Shown here piece after piece: positions 51,301 to 62,373 of a stretch of 64,000 nt of DNA. Numbering within the stretch: position 1 is the stretch's first letter; every line of letters begins with the position of its first letter. The DNA lies in NCBI GenBank assembly GCA_021613535.1, contig CP075492.1, positions 7,626,001 to 7,690,000 of the forward strand. The letters are read 5' to 3'. The position numbers and the translations under genes are program-made. Source of the DNA: Adineta vaga (lineage: Eukaryota > Animalia > Rotifera). The notes beneath the pieces are model-generated. The model saw only the letters and a program-made list of their open reading frames with translations, searched no databases and was not told the origin of the DNA.

Positions 51301-54022
51301 TCATCACGGTCATTATTATCACTAGCAAGAGAATCCTTCTTTTTAGTAATTGATCTCGCTGGTGAAATTTGTTTTTGGGCATGTACTTTTGTCTTCTTCG
51401 TTGATATTCCATTTCTATTGCGAACTGGTTTTTGTATTTTTTTCCTAACTATCATTCTTTCTTCCATTACATGTACATCATCGAGTTCACCAGGAGCAAT
51501 ACAACATTCATCATCATAACAACGTTTTGGTCGACGCTGAATAACATCATCATACAGTGAATAACAAAAAGCTACGGGACAAGAAAAAAAATCAAATCTG
51601 ATACGTTAAATCTTTATGAAATTTACCAAGCATAATTGGATTTGTATGTGTTACTTCCATATGTAAATATGAAACGTAAGCAGCAAAACCAAGATCTAAA
51701 TTAATACATTCAACTCTTTCTTATAAAGTGTACTAAGAACTTACCGAATTTTTCTAATGGCCGTCCAAGAAAACTACAATCGAGTCGAGCCATATAAACC
51801 ACATTCAGAACGGTCGCTTTCATTAAACGAATAATACAAGAAGCAATACCAAGAAAACAATCTATTGTAACATGTAGACATCATTGATTTCTATAGTTCT
51901 GATGAAATTATATCTTACCCGCAAAGAAATTGAAATAAACAAATATTGCATAAGTTTTTCGATTTTTTAAATTTAATTTTTCATCCATATCTTGTATGAA
52001 GAAGAATTTTCCTGCAGAAGATGTACTACTCATTTTTAATAGATACACAACCAGAACTGGTACAGTAAAAGTAAGTATTAATTCAATATAACGGAATTGT
52101 AAAGAAATAATTCGAAATAAACTTAAAATTAAAAATATCAAATGAAAACAGATGACAAATCCCCATGCCATATAACCAACAAGAAATCCAGAATAATGAA
52201 CAGATTTTGATGCAATAGCACTTGGTTTAAAATTCGCAGCTGATGGAACATCTTCATAGATACCTTTATATAGATCTTTACGATGTTTTTTATAATTTTG
52301 CATGCCAACACATAATTGAAATCCATAAATTAAAACAGTAATAACAGCACTGGCTATGATCTCCAATCGCAAGGAAAAAATACCTTTAAATTCTAAAGAA
52401 TTCAAAACATAAACTCTTATTATTTTGATTAACAGAAGAAAAAACATCTTCTTACCGATATTTAATGTACTTTCAATATAGTATCGTATAAATGAGATAT
52501 GACCCGTTGTTCGAGAGATATATAGAAAAACGAATGTACATGCCAAATAATATAAAAAAACGACTGCAACAGTATATGTACAAGTTGCCATTGTTGTAAA
52601 ACGAAAATCATCATCCCAAACATAAATCGATCGAAAAAAATTTCTTATCTTTGATTGACTATTGTTCTTCTGCAATTCAGCTTCATGTTCGAAATCTTCT
52701 AAGTTATCTATATTTGCTTTAGTCGAATAATTCTTTTGAGTTAATGGTATATTTCGTCGAAATAATTTTTGAACATAATATTTAGAAAATTCCAATTCAT
52801 CTCGTTGGGCAACTGGTGCAAGCCATATACTTTGTTTTTTCTTCAATGGAACATAAATGGAATCATATGCAAAACGAACCCATAATTCAGCACCAATATA
52901 CGATAGAAAGATAAAATGTGGTGTATTTTTTATTAAACCATAGATAATGAACCATGTGCCAAGTTCCTAAATATTTACATTATTTCGATAATATCAAAAT
53001 GAGACATATAACTAACTATAAATGTCAAATTGTCTAATCTTATCTTAGCACTACACTATTATATATTGCTTCTTAAGTATGCAATCTTTGAAGTCAGTAA
53101 CCTTCATCTTATCTTCTTTACAACTAGATGTGAAGTACAATCATAGAATTGTTCTATCATTTGTAAAAGTTGGATTTACACGACTCATCAGAATTCTTTC
53201 AAAAGGCAAGTGATGCTTAACATACCACTCGTAATTTTGCTTCTTCCAAAGCTGAATAATATCCTGATATTGGTAAAAATCCCATACATGATCCTTCGCG
53301 TATAATGGCGTAAATAATATCACCTAAGATGTACAGACAAACAAAAAATCGTGCAACAAGACCACGCAATTGTAATGAAGCAAGCACCGGATAATATCGT
53401 AGTCTAGAAATTGGATGAGATTTAATATGGAAAAAAGAAAATAATTCATCTTACCCCACAAGAATAACAACTGCTATTCTTATCAATAATTCAATAAGAA
53501 CGCCATGATTAAACGGATCAGCTGAACTGAATAACAATTCTTCGAAGATCTTCAATACTTCAAAGGCTAATATTCCAAAAACGGTTGCTGTAGTAAAACG
53601 ATTCGTTGTTCGAAATGGTTCAATTGGAGGTATCAAACCTAAACATCTCCATGAAAACTCTATCAAATACGAAAATGAAAGCATACCTGGTCGACCATCA
53701 CAAAGATCTGGACAACGTTTCTCACGTTTAACCGACCATGAAAAAATCAAAATTAAAGTTACTGCTATTGGAAAAAAGATCAAATTTCCCAATCGATAAT
53801 CCGATATTTTCTCGCATTGTGTTACTAATCGAAGTGTATCATTAATTAATAGGTCTAATTTCGTCTCATCAGTAATATCATATTTAAAGGATGAAAAATG
53901 TTTGTATGTTGTCACAATGAATAATAAAGATAAAAAGAATACACTCAATCCGCCCACCCAACAAATTCGAACGAGGTCACGTTTATTCGGATTTTTCAAT
54001 GGATCAACATTTCTTGGTAAAC
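48308..54022 (-). CDS. STRA6L: STRA6-like membrane receptor with very long charged cytoplasmic insertion and tail, multi-exon (5' end not resolved)
   Basis: GRPGLIPP..PF...NRF..A.VFG, YYPVLA, IYVWDDDFRF, HYSGFLVGYMAWGF, DLGFAAY...L.ME..HTNP.M.AFC, and ARFRWFLAYTILNN (STRA6 calmodulin-binding peptide-like). Confidence 0.8.
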
Positions 54023-54462
54023 TAAATAAAAATGAGAAAAAAACGAATGAATAATTCGAAAGAATAATAAATAATGTCGAGAAGAAAACTAATGGTTATT
54101 AATTCATCTACAAATTTGTTTTAGATCAAGAATTTAAAAGAAGAAAAAAACTACTATGTGAAATGAAATTCTAAATATTGGCATACGTTAAACATCGATA
54201 AAAATCTCGTCTATTATATATGTATATATATATGGAAAGATATTAAAAAGAAAAAATATATCATTTAATCGGAGAAAAACAAGTGATTAACTCACATAAA
54301 ATCCATAATTTCTTGCACAAGAGTTTGACGACGATCTTCATTGACATTATTCGGTAATTGAAGTTCATTCCTTCCAATAATTTGCATATCATTTTCACTT
54401 CTTTAATAACAAAATAAATTTGATTAATAGATTTCAAATTTACAAAGAAAAGCACGTCATAT

Positions 54463-56746
54463 TTACTTTTTACTTGGCACTAATTGTTGTTTATCTTCTT
54501 TAGCTTTCTTCTTTTTATTTTGTCGTTTTTTCTTCTGAAGTTTACAATAAAATTTACAACAACTATAATACCAAAAACAAAATGAATACTCTTTCTCATC
54601 TCATAAAAGCAAAAACTTACTCTCTAATACCTTTGACAAGACCAACTAACAACCATCGACTTGGTTTGAATGATAAAGCATAGAGAAGAATGATAATTGC
54701 AGCACCAATCAAAATTTGTTTACCTTGCTTTGAAACTAGAAGAAAAAAAATTCATTAACGAGATTTATATATGTATATATATACTTGAATAATATGTCTG
54801 CATCGCCTCGAGACATCGAAATCATTTGCTTATTCATAAAAATGTTAAGAAGTTTTTCTAATATATGTGCAAGATCAATCATTACTTAAGATTATATGAT
54901 GGATGCAAAAAAAAAACATCTAAGCGATATGTCATCTACTTAATGCTTTTTTTCTTCACAAAATCTTGACTATTCAGATGAATGAACAGATTACATCATG
55001 GCATTCAAGAGGTGAAATATAATTATGACATCATTTCAAGTTAAATCTCCGGTATGTTTAATTGTTCTTTCGAAATCATTAGTTCTACTGATTACATGCC
55101 AAGTCTTATCTCCTCTGTACTGTATATGGCAACAAAAGATGACCTTCAAAGAAAAATATCTTAACAGACAAGCAAATAGTATTAACGTATACCTTTGTAC
55201 AAATGTCAGATTTCTATATCTCTAAAAAAAACTTTCTTGAAGAAAAAAGAAAAAATCTTACTTCTCTCACAAAGAAGACCACCATATAAAAACGAGCAGG
55301 AACACTTGAATCCTGATAATGTATTTACACAATGTCCATGTTTGCCACATACAATATTTGCGAAGCAAAAATCAAGTACTAGATGATAGTTAAATACATT
55401 CGAGAAAACGAGGATGTGATATTAAATCTTACCATATTCACATGCATGTTCGTATTCAGTATCAGCTTCGACATTACTCAATGAACAAACAATTTTATCT
55501 GAGATTAAATATGTCGTTAGAAGGTAAACGGTTGAATCATTACTGATAACATTCCAATCAATTTGATCACATATTCCTCGTATATCTTCTAAATGCTCAA
55601 ATTCATCGCCTTCATCAGCTGAATCAAGATCATCATATTCATATTCATCGATAGTTGTTGTATCATTCGATAGATACATATTTGTCATATTTTGTTCTTT
55701 AGAAGAATCATAATCATCATAAACGTCAGGATCGACATGATCATGAATTAAGTGTTGTTTATGTTTACGAACAGATTGTTTGACTTTTTTCGAACGTCGA
55801 GATATACGTAAACCAGCATCGTTTAATTCATTAAGAATTTTTTCTTTTAATTTATAATAACGAACGCGAACTTGACGAAATTTATCTTTCATACGTTGCC
55901 ATCGTCCTTGATCATCCATCAGAATGTCAGCAATTTTCTTTCCTTAAAATCAGAAGAAGAAAAAAGATGAAAGAATAATTTCCTTGAATTAGTTTTTTTA
56001 CCTTTTAATAATAATGGATCGATATCGATCATTAATGATGTAAGATTATTTTTTGTTAATACATGAGCAGCATAAAATAGTTCGACTGTATTACGAATTT
56101 GCATTAAATTTGAATGATTTGAATGCAATAAATTACATGTCTGATTGGCTTCACTGGGCGTGGATGTTATATTCGATAAATAATAACAAGAACCACCTAA
56201 ACGTCTCCAACCTTTCGGACAACGAAATCGATTTACTAAATTAAAAAAAAACATCAAATAAATCATTTTTATATCAACAGTATTAATATGTAAATAACCA
56301 TAACTATCGATTTCATTCAACCTTCATTGACAAGTGTTTATTAAAAAAACATTTCAACGTTTTTTTCAATACATTCAATCATTTTTGATAATTAACTTTT
56401 GATAAAATGCAAACAAAACGTTGTTTTTTTTCGTGCGACATGAAAAAAGGTTTCATTTCATCTAGTCATTTTGATTGCATATATCGTGCTAAGTATCGAA
56501 ATGAGATTTTGTTCTATCCTCGCTGTCACAAAAGAAATGTCCTTCATCAAAAACGTACGTACCAGCTTCTTTGATTTTGTCGATAATTGCTGGAAACTTA
56601 TCCCATAGCGAAGTAATATCATCGAGTTCGAGATTTTGTAAATAAGCTGGCATCGCACATGTTGTTGGTTGAATAAGAAAATAAGATAGAAATACGACTA
56701 TCAATGATAGATTGATGATCTTCATGTATGCTAGATAAAATGACAT
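54463..56746 (-). CDS. Type I membrane protein: signal peptide, C-type lectin-like domain with large insertion, EGF domain, TM, basic tail; multi-exon
   Basis: CPKGWRRLGGSCYY...EANQTC.....NL..I....E; ACEY; EGF exon CFANIVCGKHGHCVNTLSGFKCSCSFLYGGLLCER; phase-1 splice into the TM exon ISKQGKQILIGAAIIILLYALSF; tail CCKFYCKLQKKKRQ...SKK*. Confidence 0.75.
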
Positions 56747-58042
56747 GTTGATTGAAAATTAAAGGATGAAGACAAATTTATTTTTATCTTTCAATCGACC
56801 AAAAGACGAGGTTTGTACACATAACACAAAAAAAACGAAGAAAAAGAATGAATGGCAAATTTATTACTCTTGACGGTTTTGTAGTTCTCCACGATGGCGA
56901 CAAGGCTTGTTGCATAGGATGGGTAACATAGTGAAGAGGAAGAATAAGAAAAAAAAAAGACGAGAAGAAGAAAAAGAAAGAAAAAAAGAAAAAAGAAAAG
57001 AAAAAACATCTCAGTGACGCATATGGAAGAGAAATAAGAAAAAGAAGGAAGAGGAAAAAGACTGAGCAGTTTGACTGATAGCACAGAAAATGAACACAAT
57101 ATGGACTTTTTGACACACAAAAATTGCCAGCAGTAGCCACGAGTTCATCACCTTTTCTTTTTCTTTCTGTGTTCCTCTCTATTTATACATTTACATATCT
57201 TCATTAGATCAATACGTTTGTACAAATACGCGTGCCCATCGGCCACCACATCTTTTCTTTTACTGACCGATTGTTAAGTTCATCTGAGAACAATATCTAT
57301 TCAATACGTAAATTGTTAGGATACTCAATAAGGGAAGAAAAAAGGCCAACAAAACATCAAGAGGATTAGCTTTTACTCGTAAGAGATAGATTACTAATCA
57401 ATCAACAATACTTCATTTGCAATTAACCATTCAATTTGATGAGATAAAATGTTTTCATTACAAGTAAATACTTGCAAATATGAAATGTTGAGATCAAACA
57501 TATCCGTCGCCGACAAACGTTGATCTTCTCTGAATACACAGAATAATCGAATAGAACAATAACGATTGATCATAGTCATATAGAAGTTGGCCTTGTCTTT
57601 AAATAAGATATAGACAAGTATCAAATAACTTCTATTTATTTCAATACATTCAAAAAGTGAATATATACTATCTTGTTTGACAAATATATGCATATCAAAT
57701 ATTCTTGTTTTACTTATTTGAAAGGATAATCCAATACTTCTTTTTTTTCAAGATATCGATTCGTTATAGATACATACTTACGTACGATAGATTTATAATA
57801 TTTCATTTTTAAAGTTGAATTTATTGACATATGGTAATGTTAACATTTACAGGAAATATTTATTTTATTAATGAGATTTTTCTTTCGGTTATGATTCCTG
57901 TCATTGGCACCCTCTATTGATAAGAGTTTTTTTTAAATTCTTTTTGAAAGAGAAAACAAACACTGTCAATAGTAATGAGTATAGAAACAACGAAAAGAAT
58001 GGCTGAAGAATTGTTTTTCATCTATGAATTCATTCGATTACA

Positions 58043-58534
58043 ATGGATTCAACAGCAAATTTCGATATTAATCGAGCAATTGAATTTGAAGGTGATTATT
58101 ATACAAATGTGAATGGTTATGAAGTGCCTCAAAATATTCGTCATCGTTTTCGTTCAACTATAACATCTGAACTTCTATCGGATAAAGATAAAGTTGAACG
58201 TGATAAGAATGAATTATTATATACGAATAGTAGACAACGAACACCTGCCTTCTATCATCAACCAAAACAAACAGTGGCAGTTTCTGATCCTGATTATGCA
58301 AAATTAAGTAATGATCTACGAAGTACTGTTTGCCGTGGTATCCCCGTACAACGTCGTAGTCATACGAAAACAGTTCATAATGAAGATATATTTAAAGAAT
58401 ATTTTCAAGATGATCAACCAGGAAGTATACATCGTCGAAAAAAAGATTGGCTCGGTCGATGGACAGAAGCAAATATCGTTCGCGATCGTCTGTATAAAAG
58501 TATTCTTGAATCAAAAAAGAAAATGACCGAATAG
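58043..58534 (+). CDS. TEX33: TEX33-like protein
   Basis: VPQNIRHRF.S...ELLS, DY..L...LRS...RG, and RKKDWLGRW...N.....L.K resemble the conserved TEX33 domain as recalled. Confidence 0.6.
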   Translation: MDSTANFDINRAIEFEGDYYTNVNGYEVPQNIRHRFRSTITSELLSDKDKVERDKNELLYTNSRQRTPAFYHQPKQTVAVSDPDYAKLSNDLRSTVCRGIPVQRRSHTKTVHNEDIFKEYFQDDQPGSIHRRKKDWLGRWTEANIVRDRLYKSILESKKKMTE

Positions 58535-58750
58535 ACTTTATGTTAAACTGAACAGTAGAAAGAAAAAGTTTTTCTTGTTTTTTTATATAACGAAAAAAAA
58601 AGACTCAAACAAAATAGAACGAATGTGGAGAAGAGAGAAAGTAAAGAAGAAGAGAAAAACTGAAGCAAAATAATAATTAAAAAAACTATGCCAATGACGA
58701 TCAAAGGAAATACTGTCGAATGAATGAATAAGCGAAATCAAGTTCTATGC

Positions 58751-59578
58751 TTATTTTTTATTCACAGTTGCTCCAAGTGTTGGAAAGTCATCAATTGAAG
58801 CTAGATTTGGTTCTTTCTTTTTTGTTACTCGTGGATTGACATTACCACCACCAACAACTGTAACAGATGATCCACTACGTAATTGCGGTGGACGATAAAC
58901 ACTAGTTGGTGTTGGTACAGGTTTTGGTTCTTCAATTTTCTGTTCAACAACTGGCTCGGAGTGTTGTTGTTGTTGTTCTTCTTTAACAGAATTAATCTTC
59001 CAAACAGGACGATCTTTTTGTTGTTCACGATCACCAGGAACATCATTATTATTATCATTATTATTTGGATTATTTTCATCATCATAATAATCATCATTAT
59101 CTTCTTTATCATCTTTACCACCTTTAAGTTTTGAACGGAATGCTTCATAGTTCGAGTTTGATTCTTCGAAATATTCCCATTGATCTTGTTCCTGTTGTTG
59201 TCCTTCAATTTTCGAGGATATATTTATATATTGCTCATTTGAAGGTTTATTTCTATCTGGAACTTTTGTTTTCTGCTGTTTATGAGTATCTTGAGTTTTA
59301 ACAATTGATTCATCATTGATTGGTAGTTGATTATCATCATCGTCATCGTCAGAAATCATATTTTCTTTAAATGCTATAGTTGCTGATGTCACGATGACTA
59401 AACAAAAAGAAAACTGAAGTTAATATGAATAAAATTTCGTGTCAATTTCAAACATACCTAATTGTTTAAGTAATTCTTCATTATTACTTAACATACTACT
59501 GGTAGTTTGTTTCTTGGATTTATTACTTTTACGATCTTTCTTTTTGAAGAAATCATCAAGATCATTATTGGACGCCAT
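58751..59578 (-). CDS. CDV3: CDV3 homolog, 2 exons
   Basis: N-terminal LDDFFKKKDRK, central WEYFEE and PVWK, C-terminal VYRPPQLR and PNLASIDDFPTL. Confidence 0.85.
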
Positions 59579-60489
59579 ATTTATGGAATAATTTAAAAAT
59601 TCGGATAAGGAGGACAAAAAAGTGTTTTGGTTTTTTTGAAATGTATTGTATCAAATCGAAATTGGATGAGAATGTAGTCAATGTTATTGATTTTCAATCA
59701 TGCACACAGGTAATTGTCCAGTTGGACATCGAAAAAATTGATTAGAATTTGTAATATTGTTCAATAAAGAAACGGAGGAAATTTGACGGGAGAGAATAGA
59801 TGAAGAGCGCGTTTTTGTACGACTCTTGACAGACGACAAAACGGAAGAACGATTGCTCGAAAAGCTGTTCGGGATAGAGTCAAGCATAATCTAAAAAGAA
59901 CGAAAAAATAAAATCTGAGAACGTAAGATAAAGAAAAACAACCACGATGATGATGATGATGATGAGAGCTAGAGTCATATGCATCACAATAGTTTTATTC
60001 GAATTCAGAGACTTAACTTACTAATAAAAAATATTTAAAGATAAAATTTGTGGATTGAAAGACAAAAAAATAGATTATAAAAATATATATATATATATAG
60101 GCATACATACCTCTCATCATGTCCTTGAGACAAACGACGACCTGAGCAAACAAACGCTTACATACATCATCTTTCTGAATGCATTTGGAAAAAGAAAAAT
60201 GATTCGGCTTTTGTGCACTCACTTAAAAACATAAGCGAAAAGAGAGAGAAAAAAAAAGATAGAAAGAGATTAAATATTCGTCTCGTCATATTACCAGGTG
60301 ACCACAATGAAAAAAAAAGAGGGAATAAAGAAAGAAAGAAAGAAAAAGAATACGCCGATTTAGAAAGACATGTAAAGAAAGAAGAACGAATCAAAAAATA
60401 GCAAAATATTCGTAGCGTATTTTTTTACTAACTACTTTTGTAATCACATAACAAATAAATAATGATTGTTGTAATACAAAAGTACTTAT

Positions 60490-61338
60490 TTACGCATTAT
60501 TAATAGCTTGTTTCATTAATGGTGAAAGATTATACTTATCGATGAATGTCTGTTCCATAAGAAACAATCGTGCAATACTATATCCACCTACACCATATTG
60601 AAAAATAAGGATTTTTCCAATATAATCCGATGTGAGATCTACGAAAAAGTCCAAATAACCTAAAGAATAAATTTCAAAAAGTATTTTAAAAATAAAGTTT
60701 CAACTTTATACCTAAATATTGTGATTTGGGATCTTCGATAGTAAATTCACTTTCACTCGGTAATATTCGATCTCTACCATTGTAATAACACATAACCGGT
60801 TCAACAAATGCAATTTGCGTACTCATAGGATATTGAATATCACCTATAAAATGTTTACAAATCTTATTTTCCAATCTTTAAATTACGAAATAACTAACCG
60901 AGAGAACTATTTCCACGTTCATCAATATAAATACGTATTTTACCGGGCCAAAGAAGAACTTTTTTGATCGTACAAAAATAATCGTCATTGTATTGACTTA
61001 CATCATCTTTCATATCATCTCGTGCAATTGTACGCATAAGATAAACTATACTAACGCATTCATTTCATATTTTTCTTTCTTTTTTTTCAAAAATCAATAT
61101 TACTTTTTTTACAATAATCTAACCATGTTAATATATTCGATGGTTTTTCATTAGTTGGATCTCTTCGTAAGACCATTTTATGCCAATATCGTTCATTATG
61201 AGATATATCATAAAGACGATGACAGGTTGATGTAAATGAAAGAAAATCACGTACATCATTTTTCCAATCACCATTAATTACATGAGAAACTATGATATGA
61301 AGTATTTCATTTGGAAAATCCAGTATATGATCAGTCAT
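60490..61338 (-). CDS. F-box protein of unknown specificity, 4 exons
   Basis: ILDFPNEILHIIVSHV...FLSFTSTCHRLY.I...ERYW F-box; downstream exons splice through to QAINNA*. Confidence 0.75.
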
Positions 61339-61501
61339 CTAGAAATGAAACTAGAGAGGACGAATATTATATATATGTGTATGTGTGTTTTTTATTGTTT
61401 GGATATCCTACAGAAACTTTTAGATTAATGAAATATTGTTTAGTTTTATGAAGAGGAAAAGAAAACTGTTCGTGGTAGTTTTTCTTCGATTTTCAAATCA
61501 T

Positions 61502-62089
61502 CTAATGTTTGCTATCATGACCATGATGAAACTCTTTGCTAAATTCAGCATCAGTTGTTTCGTAACCTTTATCATCGTAATGAATAGCATTAAACCATTT
61601 ACTATGAAATGGTGAATGAATTCCATCTTTGAATGGCCATTTCATACGTGGTCGTAGATGATCCCAATCTTTATATTCTGGACGTGTATGGTCTTGTGGA
61701 GCAATTAAATTTAGATAAGATAGAAGAGCAACAGCTGGTATAGCAACAAGTAGTGATAACCATTTCCACATTTTAACTTGTGCACTAAAACGATCAGTTA
61801 TTTTATCCAATTCAACGGGATCTATTGGACAATAATCAATTGGTAATGGACGAACTGTTTCAGGAACACCTACAAACAATCATTAAATAATTGAATAATT
61901 GTTTATAAAATGAATTCTTTATTTACCAGGCCAAATTTTTAGATTATGTGCACGTTGTTCATCAGTAAGAACGCTGACAGCCGATGAATTGTGTGCTGGA
62001 ACACGAAATGCATCTTGCTGTCTACGAACAGCTAATGTTTGAGTAATAACTCGAGTTAAATTTGCACGTGAACGTATAACTGGTAACAT
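61502..62089 (-). CDS. COX6A: Cytochrome c oxidase subunit 6A, 2 exons, extended N-terminus
   Basis: MWKWLSLLVAIPAV TM helix; RPEY...DHLR.R.KWPF.DG.HS.FH....NA; Arg-rich mitochondrial presequence MLPVIRSRANLTRV. Confidence 0.88.
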
Positions 62090-62373
62090 CTTCTTCCTAA
62101 TAGAATAGATTTTGAATAAGTTCCAAGAAGAAGAAGAAAATCAATTGATTGATGTAAGTAAATAAAAAACACACAACCAATCAGACGATCGATTGAATGA
62201 GATAATAAACAATTGGATTAGTTTCAAAAGAAAAGATTTTATTCAGAAGAAAAATCAAATATAATCTTGTTTAAAAAATTGTTGTAAAACAATGTTAAAC
62301 AGCGCCCTCTGTAATTGCATAGATTGAGCATTGTATAATATAATATACGGTATTGATTCGTGCTTTTGACACA
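62090..62373. promoter_or_regulatory. Probable bidirectional promoter between head-to-head COX6A and RPA1
   Basis: 284 bp separate the divergent ATGs; contains a CCAAT box (aaccaatcag ~62176) and an inverted ATTGG (~62212). Confidence 0.45.

Noticed and set aside
50755-51519. Plus-strand Ser/Gly-rich ORFs
   Set aside because: Antisense shadows of the Asp/Pro-rich STRA6-like exons.
54463-54803. Apparent stand-alone ~78-aa membrane microprotein starting MQTYYS
   Set aside because: The TM exon is entered in phase 1, matching the EGF exon of the upstream C-type lectin gene, so it is better explained as that gene's 3' end.
56784-57140. Phe-rich hydrophobic ORFs (also 17249-17648, 34653-34850, 60167-60394)
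   Set aside because: They come from purine/pyrimidine-skewed low-complexity UTR or intergenic tracts, with no domain or splice support.
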